From contig CAVZLN010000007.1 in NCBI GenBank assembly GCA_963776245.1, forward strand, positions 32,001 through 96,000: a stretch of 64,000 nt of DNA, in the 5' to 3' direction. This document shows, one piece after another, positions 55,905 through 64,000 of this stretch. Positions within the stretch are counted from its first letter, which is position 1. Each line of letters begins with the position of its first letter. The notes under the pieces are model-generated. The model worked only from the letters and a program-made list of their open reading frames with translations, had not been told where the DNA came from and did not search any database. The translations under genes were made by a program, and so were the position numbers. The stretch comes from Candidatus Eiseniibacteriota bacterium. GTDB lineage: Bacteria; Eisenbacteria; RBG-16-71-46.

Positions 55905-56423
55905 TCACCAGCCCTGGGTGGAGCGGCTGAGGACTTCGTCGGCGATCTTCTGGATGGCTTCTTTGCGTCCATCGAGCTCGGTCTTCGCGGTCTGGCCGGG
56001 GACATCCTGCACGTAGTAGTTCGCCGTCTTGATCATGGCGTCGTCTCGCCACATCTCGCGGTTCTTCAGCTGGTCCTTGAACACGACCGAGACCGTGATC
56101 GTCACGCGGTACTCCTGCGCGCGATTCTGGGTGGAGAAGCCGAACACCGAATTCTTGTAGGCGACGATCTTCCCGCTCAGCACACAGTCGGCGGAGCGCT
56201 CGTTCACCACCTTGAGGTGATTGTCCTGCACGAAGCGCTGGAGCACCGCGTCGGTGATCTCCTGCTGGAGCGTGTACTCGGTGGTGGCGTTCTCGAACAC
56301 CGGCACCGCCACCGTCTTGAGGTTCGACGGCAGCAGCGCGGTGCTGGTGGTGTACGCGCAACCGCCCGCGAGGCAAGCGACCGCCCCCGCGAGCAGCAGC
56401 GCGCGGGGGCGGGAGATCTTCAC
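55905..56423 (-). CDS. lptE: LPS assembly lipoprotein LptE family
   Basis: Lipobox LAGGC-AY, LKTVAVPVFEN, ADCVLSGKI, EYRVTITVSV, terminal GW; next to holA and leuS. Confidence 0.8.
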   Translation of the reverse strand: MKISRPRALLLAGAVACLAGGCAYTTSTALLPSNLKTVAVPVFENATTEYTLQQEITDAVLQRFVQDNHLKVVNERSADCVLSGKIVAYKNSVFGFSTQNRAQEYRVTITVSVVFKDQLKNREMWRDDAMIKTANYYVQDVPGQTAKTELDGRKEAIQKIADEVLSRSTQGW

Positions 56424-56426
56424 GAC

Positions 56427-57860
56427 TCAAGCCACCTTGTGGGTCGGGTCGGACGACTCGTGCTCGGGCTGCAGCTCGTACAGCTTCATCCGGTAACGGA
56501 GCTTGTCGCGCTTGAGGTTGAGGAGCTCCGCGGTGCGACTCTGATTCCACTTGGTAGCACACGACGCACGCACAATCAAGGCGCGCTCCAGCTCCTCGAC
56601 GAGCGCTTCGAAGGGGATCCCGGTCGGCGGGATCGCGCCTCCCATCGCCTCGTCGACGCGATGTCCGAGCGTCACCCCGGCCGCGGCGCGCGCGCGCGGG
56701 GCGAGCTTGAGGTGCCGCGGCTCGAGCACCTCGGCGTTCTCGAGCAGCACGGTGCGCTCGAAGAGGTTCTTCAGCTCACGGATGTTCCCGGGCCACGGGT
56801 AGTCGGCCAGGACCTGCTCGGCCGCGGGGCTGATGCCGCGGAACGGCTTCTTGAACTGCTTGGAGAAGCGCTCCATGAAGAGCTTGGCGAGCGGCAGGAT
56901 GTCCTCGCGGCGCTCCCGCAGCGGCGGGACGTAGAGCGGCACCACCTTGAGGCGGTAGTAGAGGTCCTCGCGGAAGCTCCCCTCCCGCACCATCCGCTCG
57001 AGGTCCTGGTTGGTGGCGGAGATGATGCGCGGATTCACGGCGAAGTCCTTGGTGCCTCCGACGCGGCGCACCGTGCGGCGCTCCAGCACCCGCAGCAGCT
57101 TGACCTGGAGCATCGGCGCCATCTCCCCGATCTCGTCGAGGAACAGCGTGCCCTCGCTCGCCAGCTCCATCAGGCCCAGCTTCTGCGAGCGCGCGTCGGT
57201 GAACGCGCCTTTCTCGTGCCCGAACAGCTCGCTCTCGAGCAGTTCGCTCGGGATGGCCGCGCAGTTGAGCTCGATGAACGGCCGGTCGTGCCGTGCGCTC
57301 ATCCGGTGGACCAGGTTCGCGAAGTACTCCTTGCCGGTGCCGCTCTCGCCCTCGATGAGCACGCTGGTGGTGTCGCCACGCGCCACCTGCTCGGCGATCG
57401 CGTACGCCTCCTGCATGCGAGCGCTGCCGGAGTGCAGGTAGTCCTCGTCGGCGAACGCCTGGTGGCGCAGCCGGCGCAGTTCAATCCACATGCGCTGCGA
57501 GTCGATGGCGCGCTCGACCAGCGCCAGCAGCTCGTCGTTCTGGAACGGCTTCCGCACGAACCAGAACGCGCCGGCGCTCATCGCCTCGACGGCGGTCTCC
57601 AGTTCACCGAACGCGGTCATGAGGATGACCGAGACCTCGGGCTGGATCCGCTTGATCTCGCGCAGCAGTTCGATGCCGGTGCCGTCGGGGAGCTTCAGAT
57701 CGAGCACCGCGACGTCGGGAAGGTCGCGCTCGAAGGCCTCGCGGCCCTCGCGCACGGAACCGGTGGTGACCACGGAGTAGCCCGCGTCCTCGAGCGTGCG
57801 GCTCACGAAGTGCCGGATGGAATCCTGATCGTCCACGACCAGGATGTTGGCCTTGCTCAT
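56427..57860 (-). CDS. Sigma54-dependent response regulator (NtrC family: REC, AAA+, Fis-type HTH)
   Basis: VVDD, LDLKLP (phospho-Asp), GESGTGKE, ESELFGHEKGAFTDA, FLDEIG, FREDLYYRL, WPGNIREL, NQSRTAELL. Confidence 0.92.
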   Translation of the reverse strand: MSKANILVVDDQDSIRHFVSRTLEDAGYSVVTTGSVREGREAFERDLPDVAVLDLKLPDGTGIELLREIKRIQPEVSVILMTAFGELETAVEAMSAGAFWFVRKPFQNDELLALVERAIDSQRMWIELRRLRHQAFADEDYLHSGSARMQEAYAIAEQVARGDTTSVLIEGESGTGKEYFANLVHRMSARHDRPFIELNCAAIPSELLESELFGHEKGAFTDARSQKLGLMELASEGTLFLDEIGEMAPMLQVKLLRVLERRTVRRVGGTKDFAVNPRIISATNQDLERMVREGSFREDLYYRLKVVPLYVPPLRERREDILPLAKLFMERFSKQFKKPFRGISPAAEQVLADYPWPGNIRELKNLFERTVLLENAEVLEPRHLKLAPRARAAAGVTLGHRVDEAMGGAIPPTGIPFEALVEELERALIVRASCATKWNQSRTAELLNLKRDKLRYRMKLYELQPEHESSDPTHKVA

Positions 57861-59800
57861 GCGTTGCCTCCGTTGGATTCCAGCGGCAGTTCCACGGTGA
57901 AAGTGGTACCGCGGGCGGGCTCGCTCTGGACCGCGAGACTCCCACCGTGTCGCTTGACGATGTCGTGGCAGATGTAGAGACCGAGCCCGGTCCCGCCGGG
58001 CTTGGTGGTGAAGAAGGGCTCGAAGATGGTCTTCAGCGCCTCGCCCGAGATGCCGCTGCCGTGGTCCTCCACGCGCGCGATCACGCCCGGGACGACGGCG
58101 CTTCCGGATCCGGGGCCGCGGGGCGCCGCGGGCTCGACGACGACCTGCACGCGGTCGCCGGCGGACGACGCCTCGGCCGCGTTCTTGAGCAGGTTGATGA
58201 ACACCTGCTCGATCTGATCGGGGTCGTGCGCCACGGCCGGCACCCGGGGGGCGACCGCGACGTCGAGCGAGACGCCGCGCTGCTCGTAGACCGCGCGCAG
58301 GCACTGCACCGCGCGGCCGAGCGCGTCCTCGACCGGGGCCACGCGCAGGCTGAGCCCGCGCGGATGGGTGATCTCGAACAGGTCGCCGACGATGCGGTCG
58401 AGGCGCTTGATCTCGCCGTGGATGAAGGCGAGGTTCTCGCGCTGCGAGTCGTCGTCCTTGAGCGCCCGGGCGAGGTACTGCACCCCCGCGCCGATGCCGG
58501 CCAGCGGGTTGCGGATCTCGTGCGCCACGCTCGAGGTGAAACGCCCGAGCGCGGCCAGCCGGTCGAGCCGCCGGGCGTGCTCCTCGGCCCGGCGCAGGGG
58601 CGTGAGGTCGATGAACGTGGCGATGGCGCCGTAGACGGCGCGCCGGTCGTTGCGCAGCAGCGAGGTGGTGAGCGAGACCGGCACCGGGGTCCCGTCCTGG
58701 GCCCGCAGCATGAGGGTCTCGCGCACCACCTCGCGGCCATGTTCGAGGGTGGCGCGCATGATCTCCTCGCCGTCGCCGCCCAGCACCACGCCGACCCCCT
58801 CGCCGAGGGCGTCGTCGCCATTCCAGCCGAGCAGGGCCTCGGCGGCGTGATTGAAGGTGAGCACCTCGCCCTGCATGTTCACCGCGACCAGCGCGCTCGG
58901 CATGCTGTCGAGCACGTGCTCGCGGAAGCGTTCGCTGCGGCGCAGCTCGTGGTAGAGGCGGGCATTCTCGATCATCGGGGCGATCGACTGCGCGATCGAC
59001 TCGATCAGCGTGGTGTCGGTGGCGGTGAGCGCCGGCGCGCCGCGGTGGCGGGCCGCCCCGATGATGCCGAGGACGGGCATGTGGTCGCAGCCGAGGCAAT
59101 GGCGCTGGCGTTCCTCGCGGTCGGCGGCCCAGCCATCGGCCGCGGCGCCGGGCGGCGGCACCACCACCGCGGCGTCGCCCAGCATGCAGCGCGCCCCGCA
59201 GAGCTCGTGCTGCTGGCCGACCGGCACCAGCGTGTGGCTGCGGCGCAGCGGCACCGCCACCAGCGAGCCGAGGTCCTCGAGGGTCTCCTCCAGCGGATGT
59301 CCCTCGGGCAGCGAGGCGGCGAGGCGGGGGCGCAGCGCCCGGTGGGTGACCGTGCGGTCGAGCCACACCGCCCGGGCCAGCGCGCCCCCGTCGCCCAGCA
59401 GGGACACCGCCAGCGGGGTGCTGTGCTCGCGGTCGGCCCGGCGGCTGACCCAGGTGCCCTGGAGCGCGTGCTCTCCGCGATCCACGAGCATCAGGCAGAC
59501 CTCGTCGAAACCGAACGCGCGGCACAGGTAGCGCGCCACCGTGCGGGTGGTCTCCCCCGCATCGAGACTGTTCACCACCTGGCTCGCGACCTCGCGCAGC
59601 GAAACCAGCTGCACGTTGGTCTCGATCAGGCGCCGCTGGCTGCGCTCGAGCTCCTCGACCAGCAGGCGCACGGTCTCGAGCAGCGCCTCCGGTCCCTCGG
59701 GATCGACGGGCAGCGTGATGCCGGACGTGTCCGTGAGCCCACGGACCTCGTCGACGCGCCTCAACAGGTCGCGCAGCTGCTCGTGCTGCGTGATGGCCAT
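57857..59800 (-). CDS. Cytoplasmic sensor histidine kinase (GAF with Cys-rich insert, PAS, HisKA, HATPase)
   Basis: AHEIRNPL (H box), QVFINLLKNA, DHGSGI, FEPFFTTK, GTGLGL; PAS FNHAAEALLG; GAF ending IENARLY; no TM helix. Confidence 0.9.
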   Translation of the reverse strand: MAITQHEQLRDLLRRVDEVRGLTDTSGITLPVDPEGPEALLETVRLLVEELERSQRRLIETNVQLVSLREVASQVVNSLDAGETTRTVARYLCRAFGFDEVCLMLVDRGEHALQGTWVSRRADREHSTPLAVSLLGDGGALARAVWLDRTVTHRALRPRLAASLPEGHPLEETLEDLGSLVAVPLRRSHTLVPVGQQHELCGARCMLGDAAVVVPPPGAAADGWAADREERQRHCLGCDHMPVLGIIGAARHRGAPALTATDTTLIESIAQSIAPMIENARLYHELRRSERFREHVLDSMPSALVAVNMQGEVLTFNHAAEALLGWNGDDALGEGVGVVLGGDGEEIMRATLEHGREVVRETLMLRAQDGTPVPVSLTTSLLRNDRRAVYGAIATFIDLTPLRRAEEHARRLDRLAALGRFTSSVAHEIRNPLAGIGAGVQYLARALKDDDSQRENLAFIHGEIKRLDRIVGDLFEITHPRGLSLRVAPVEDALGRAVQCLRAVYEQRGVSLDVAVAPRVPAVAHDPDQIEQVFINLLKNAAEASSAGDRVQVVVEPAAPRGPGSGSAVVPGVIARVEDHGSGISGEALKTIFEPFFTTKPGGTGLGLYICHDIVKRHGGSLAVQSEPARGTTFTVELPLESNGGNA

Positions 59801-59937
59801 GACTCTCGCACCAGGGCACGGCGAAAGGGCTCGCCGGCCCGGAGGCTCGGTGCTTCACCGGCACGCGTCACAGGGCGGGGTGGTGGGCGTGCCGGGTCGT
59901 GGCGGGCCGCCGCGAGGCGCCCCGCCCATCGAACGGT

Positions 59938-61068
59938 CTAGCGATCCGTGAATTCGCGCACGGTGGCGGCGACGTAGCGGATCTGTTCCTCCGTCAGCTC
60001 GGGGTAGATCGGCAGGGCGATGGTCTCCAGCGCGGCGGCCTCGGCGTGGGGCATCGAGCCCGTCGCGTAGCCGAGCATGCTGAAGCACTTCTGGAGGTGG
60101 AGCGGCACCGGGTAGTACACCTCGTTCCCGATGCCGTGATCGGCGAGGTGCTTGCGCACCTCGTCGCGCTTCTCCACGCGGATGCAGTACTGGTTGTAGA
60201 TGTGACGCGTGCGCGGGTCGTGGTACGGACGGCCGAGCTTCGCGCCCTCGAACTGGCGGTTGTAGAGGGCGGCGTTGGCCGCGCGCTTCTCGCTCCAGCG
60301 GTCGAGGTGGCGCAGCTTCACGCGCAGGATGGCGGCCTGGAGGGCGTCCAGACGCGAATTGGTGCCCACCAGCGAGTGGTAGTACTTCGGTTTGGCGCCG
60401 TGATTGCAGAGCAGACGCGCCTTTTCGGCGAACTCCGCATTCTGCGTCACCATCATGCCGCCGTCCCCGGCCCCACCGAGGTTCTTCGACGGGAAGAAGG
60501 AGAAGCAGCCGAAGTCGGTCATCGAGCCGGCGCGCTTGCCCTCCCACTCCGAGCCGATGGCCTGGGCCGCGTCCTCGATGACGTAGAGCTTGTGCTTGTC
60601 GCAGATCGCCTTGATCGCCGGAAGGTCGGCGCACTGGCCGAACAGCGACACCGGCATCACGGCCTTGGTGCGCGGGGTGATGGCGGCCTCGAGGCGCAAC
60701 GGGTCGAGGTTGTAGGTGCGCGGGTCGATGTCCACGAACACCGGGGTCGCCCCGTTGTTGGCGATCGTGCCGGCGCTGGCGAAGAACGAGTACGCGCTGG
60801 TGATCACCTCGTCGCCGGGGCCGATCCCGAGCGCCCACATCGCCATCAGCAGCGCGTCGGTGCCCGAGGCGCAGGCGACGGCGTGCGCGCACTGCGAGTA
60901 GCGCGCCACCTCTTCCTCGAGGCCCTTGACCTCGGGGCCGCCGATGAAGTGCTGGCTCTCCATGACGCTCTTCACGGCCGCGTCGAGGTCCGCGCGGAGG
61001 TCCGCGTATTGCGCCTTGAGGTCCAGCAGCGGCACCTGCATGGTGGCTTTGGAGGACATCGCGCTCAT
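59938..61068 (-). CDS. DegT/DnrJ/EryC1/StrS aminotransferase (WbpE/WlbC-like)
   Basis: ASGTDAL, IEDAAQAIG, SFFPSKNLG (PLP Lys), NSRLDALQAA. Confidence 0.9.
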   Translation of the reverse strand: MSAMSSKATMQVPLLDLKAQYADLRADLDAAVKSVMESQHFIGGPEVKGLEEEVARYSQCAHAVACASGTDALLMAMWALGIGPGDEVITSAYSFFASAGTIANNGATPVFVDIDPRTYNLDPLRLEAAITPRTKAVMPVSLFGQCADLPAIKAICDKHKLYVIEDAAQAIGSEWEGKRAGSMTDFGCFSFFPSKNLGGAGDGGMMVTQNAEFAEKARLLCNHGAKPKYYHSLVGTNSRLDALQAAILRVKLRHLDRWSEKRAANAALYNRQFEGAKLGRPYHDPRTRHIYNQYCIRVEKRDEVRKHLADHGIGNEVYYPVPLHLQKCFSMLGYATGSMPHAEAAALETIALPIYPELTEEQIRYVAATVREFTDR

Positions 61069-61094
61069 GGTGCTCTCCTCTCTATGACGAGGGT

Positions 61095-61856
61095 CTAGGA
61101 ATCGACCCAGCCCTGGTTCTCGAGCAACTGTTCGACCGGAACGTCACGCCACACCCGGGCGGGGGAACCCAGCACGATCTTGCGCGCGGGCACGTCCTTC
61201 GTGACCACCGATCCGGCCGCGACCAGCGCGTCCTCGCCGATGACCACGCCCGGCAGCATCACCGAGCCGGCGCCGATGCGCGCCCCGCGCTTCACGGTCA
61301 CGCCCTTGAAGTGCTTGAAGCGCTCGGCGGTGCGGCCGACGAAATTGTCGTTCGACGTCACCACGCCGGGGGCGACGAACACGCGATCCTCGAGCGTCGA
61401 GTACGCGGTGATGTAGCACTCGCTCTCCAGCTTGCAGTAGCGGCCCACGGTGCAGAAGTTCTCCACCGTCACGCCGCGGCCGACGATGGTGCCGCGCCCG
61501 ATGGTGACGTTCTCGCGGATGGTGGCGAGATCGGCCATCAGCACCTTGCCGTCGATCTTCGCGCCGCGGTAGAGCACCACGCCGGTGCCGACGATGCACA
61601 GGTCGCCGATCTCGAGCGCAGGGAGCGCCTGGTCCGAGGTGGTCGCCGAGTTGGCCGCCTTCATCGGAAGCTTCCCGAGCGAGGCGTGGTCGTCGATGCG
61701 CACGTCGTTGCCCACCACCGTGCCCGCGTGGATCACCACGTGGTGGCCGATCCGGCAGCCGGTGCCGAGCGTGACGTCGGCGCCGACGACGCACTGCTCC
61801 CCGAACGTCGTCCCGGCGCCGATCCGGGCACTGGGGTGCATCAGCCCGGCGCTCAC
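61095..61856 (-). CDS. Hexapeptide-repeat N-acetyltransferase (WbpD/WlbB-like)
   Basis: Left-handed beta-helix repeats, VFVAPGVVTSND, GARIGAGS, AAGSVVTKDVP...GSPAR; GTGA overlap. Confidence 0.82.
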   Translation of the reverse strand: MSAGLMHPSARIGAGTTFGEQCVVGADVTLGTGCRIGHHVVIHAGTVVGNDVRIDDHASLGKLPMKAANSATTSDQALPALEIGDLCIVGTGVVLYRGAKIDGKVLMADLATIRENVTIGRGTIVGRGVTVENFCTVGRYCKLESECYITAYSTLEDRVFVAPGVVTSNDNFVGRTAERFKHFKGVTVKRGARIGAGSVMLPGVVIGEDALVAAGSVVTKDVPARKIVLGSPARVWRDVPVEQLLENQGWVDS

Positions 61857-62890
61857 GCGACCCCCTGCGTCAGCGGGGCGATGGCCACCGGAGCGCCCCC
61901 CGCGGCCAGCGACCGCTGCGCGGCGTCGAGGACCTTGACCACCTTGAGCCCGCTCTCGCCGTCGGTCGCGGGGGTCTTGCGGTCGCGCACGCAGTCCACG
62001 AAGTGCTGGCACTCGAGCTTGAGCGGCTCCTGCAGGGAGACCTTCGGGATCACGATGTCGCCGCTGCGCACCGTGAGGGCGTCGCCGTACGACACCACCT
62101 GCCCCGCGCGGTCCACGCCCTTGTCGTACACGCGGATCTTCTCGCTCGCGTCCATGTCGTCGAACACCACCATCTTCTGGCTGCCGACCACGGTGAGCTT
62201 GCGCAGCTTGTGCGGGTCGAGCCACGAGACGTGGACGTGCGCCTGCTTGCCGCCCGGGAAGCGCAGGTCCACGAACACCACGTCCTCCACCCCCTTCTGG
62301 AGGAAGGCGGAGCCGCGCGCGGCGACGTCCACGGGCTCGGCGTCGAGCAGGTGGAGGATCACCGACAGGTCATGGGGCGCGAACGACCACAGCGCGTTCT
62401 CGTCCTTGCGCACCTTCCCCAGGTTCACGCGCTGCGAATAGAGGTAGTACACGTCGCCGAGGTCGCCGCGCGTGACCATGTCCTTCACGTAGCGCACCGC
62501 CGGATGGTAGATGAGCAGGTGGCCGACCATCAGGATCCGGTGCTTCGCGCGGGCGATGCGCACCAGTTCCTCGGCGTGGGCGACCTCGAGGGTGATCGGC
62601 TTCTCGACGTACACGTCCTTCCCCGCCTCGAGCATGGCCTTGGCGAGCGGGTAGTGGCTCACCGCGGAGGCGGCGATGACCACCGCCTGCACGTCCGGGG
62701 CGAGCGCGATCTCCGCGGGGTTGGGCACCGCGCGGGCCTGCGGGTACTGGCCCACGGTGCGGGCGAGACGCGCGGCATCGAGGTCGCACAGGGCGGCCAG
62801 GCGCGCGCCGGGCAGATTGGCGAAATTCCGGATGAGGTTGGCACCCCAGTCACCGGTCCCGACCACCGCGATCCCTACGGCTTCCGACAT
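61853..62890 (-). CDS. Gfo/Idh/MocA oxidoreductase (WbpB/WlbA-like sugar 3-dehydrogenase)
   Basis: VVGTGDWG, VYVEKP, MVGH, WSFAPHD; clustered with an aminotransferase and an acetyltransferase. Confidence 0.85.
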   Translation of the reverse strand: MSEAVGIAVVGTGDWGANLIRNFANLPGARLAALCDLDAARLARTVGQYPQARAVPNPAEIALAPDVQAVVIAASAVSHYPLAKAMLEAGKDVYVEKPITLEVAHAEELVRIARAKHRILMVGHLLIYHPAVRYVKDMVTRGDLGDVYYLYSQRVNLGKVRKDENALWSFAPHDLSVILHLLDAEPVDVAARGSAFLQKGVEDVVFVDLRFPGGKQAHVHVSWLDPHKLRKLTVVGSQKMVVFDDMDASEKIRVYDKGVDRAGQVVSYGDALTVRSGDIVIPKVSLQEPLKLECQHFVDCVRDRKTPATDGESGLKVVKVLDAAQRSLAAGGAPVAIAPLTQGVA

Positions 62891-63012
62891 GGCATCCTCT
62901 CAGTACGGCGGGTCCAGAAGGAGACGCGTGGGGGCATCCGATCCAGCGCAGCCTAGCAGCGGCGCGGAAACGCGGTCAACGCGCCGGCCCGCGCCGCGCG
63001 GCGCGCGGGCGC

Positions 63013-64000
63013 TCAGGCCGCCATCGGCCACAGCGTCTCCACGCGGTTCTTGCCGCGCTGCTTGGCGAGGTAGAGCGCGCGGTCCGAGGCCTGCAGCAGG
63101 CTGGTCGGATCGGACGCGTCCACCGGGTAGGTCGCGACTCCGAGGCTCACGGTGATGGCGCCGCGCGGCGCGAGCGGGAAGGTGTGCGCCTCCACCGCGG
63201 TCCGCATGCGCTCCCCCGCCACCAGCGCGCCGTCGCGATCGGTCTGCGGCAGGATGAGCGTGAACTCGTCGCCGCCGTACTTGGCGACCAGGTCGAACGA
63301 ACGCACGTGCTCGGCGAACAGCCCGGCCAGTTCACGCAGCAGGAACGAGCCGCGCAGGTGACCGTGACGGTCGTTGTACGCCTTCAGGTTGTCCACGTCG
63401 ATCATCACGATCGACAATTCCTGGCGGAAGCGTCCGGCGCGCTTGATCTCGCGCCGCAGCGCGCTCTTGAGGAAGCGGTAGTTGTAGACCTGCGTCAGGT
63501 CGTCGGTGATGGCGAGCTTCTCGACGCTCTCCGAGAGGCGCACGTTCTCGAGGGCCATCGAGGTCCAGGCGCCCAGCAGGGTCACCAGGTTGATCTCGTC
63601 GGACGAGAACGACGCGGCGGCGTGGCGGCGGTAGACCGCCAGATACGCGGGCGACTGGTCGCGCTGGCGCAGCGGCACGAACACCGCGGGGCCGGCGTCG
63701 AGCCCGGGGCAGCGGTCGTCGATGCCGAGCCGGCCGTCCTCCGCCGCGTTGGGGGTGGCCAGCGGCGCCCCGCTGCGGAGCAGCAGGCGCGCGAACTCGC
63801 TCCCCGTCCGCTCGGCGTCCCGGCGCTCGGGGCGCTCGAGGTCGCGCCGCATGAGCCAGCGCTCGCTCTGGCGGCTGGTGCCGCTCAGCACCACGGCACC
63901 GTCGCATTCGGCGACGGTGAGCGCGGTGAGGAGCACCCGCTCGAGCAGTCCGCCGCGCGCACGGGATCCGGTGCGCGCGGAGAGGTCGAGGAGGGACTCC
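63013..64000 (-). CDS. GAF-GGDEF diguanylate cyclase, 5'-truncated by the window edge
   Basis: TDDLTQVYN, IDVDNLKAYNDRHGH, I-site RSFD, KYGGDEF, ALYLAKQRGKN; upstream GAF ending ALENVRL. Confidence 0.9.
   Translation of the reverse strand, partial: ESLLDLSARTGSRARGGLLERVLLTALTVAECDGAVVLSGTSRQSERWLMRRDLERPERRDAERTGSEFARLLLRSGAPLATPNAAEDGRLGIDDRCPGLDAGPAVFVPLRQRDQSPAYLAVYRRHAAASFSSDEINLVTLLGAWTSMALENVRLSESVEKLAITDDLTQVYNYRFLKSALRREIKRAGRFRQELSIVMIDVDNLKAYNDRHGHLRGSFLLRELAGLFAEHVRSFDLVAKYGGDEFTLILPQTDRDGALVAGERMRTAVEAHTFPLAPRGAITVSLGVATYPVDASDPTSLLQASDRALYLAKQRGKNRVETLWPMAA

Noticed and set aside
59080..59105. c-type heme motif in the histidine kinase
   Set aside because: The sequence is CLGCDH (CxxCxH), not CxxCH, and the protein is not exported

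Overview
Very GC-rich bacterial chromosome segment made mostly of housekeeping genes. The gene content (PorV/PorQ-family barrel, Omp85 barrel, LptE, PEGA and Big_5 proteins) indicates a diderm, plausibly FCB-related such as Ca. Eisenbacteria; that placement is inference. I can support about 49 CDS: rluB, porV-like, glgD-like/glgC, mltD, a PEGA protein, comEC, purN-HAD-purC-purH, guaA, slt, csp, secA-smg-topA-xerC-lipoprotein-dapF-dapA-dapB, a peptidase/PD40/Omp85 fusion, rpsT, uvrC-xerD-OMP-beta-CASP nuclease-SNF2 ATPase-YqhG-like, GH57, ALDH, DinB, leuS, holA, lptE, a sigma54 two-component pair, wbpBDE-like genes and a GGDEF protein. The main non-coding signal is a 28-bp dif (XerC/XerD) site at 52222-52249. 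Gene orientation flips there (35 of 40 CDS on + to the left, 9 of 9 on - to the right), so the window probably spans the replication terminus, with both xerC and xerD nearby. The best candidate for an undescribed system is the overlapping beta-CASP nuclease + Tudor-fused SNF2 ATPase + Zn-finger YqhG-like trio at 42752-47270. Several core genes (glgD-like, purC, guaA, secA) carry frameshifts or an in-frame stop that are most likely sequencing/assembly errors. I found no rRNA, tRNA, CRISPR array or transposase. All family calls come from motif recognition by eye; no database search was run.
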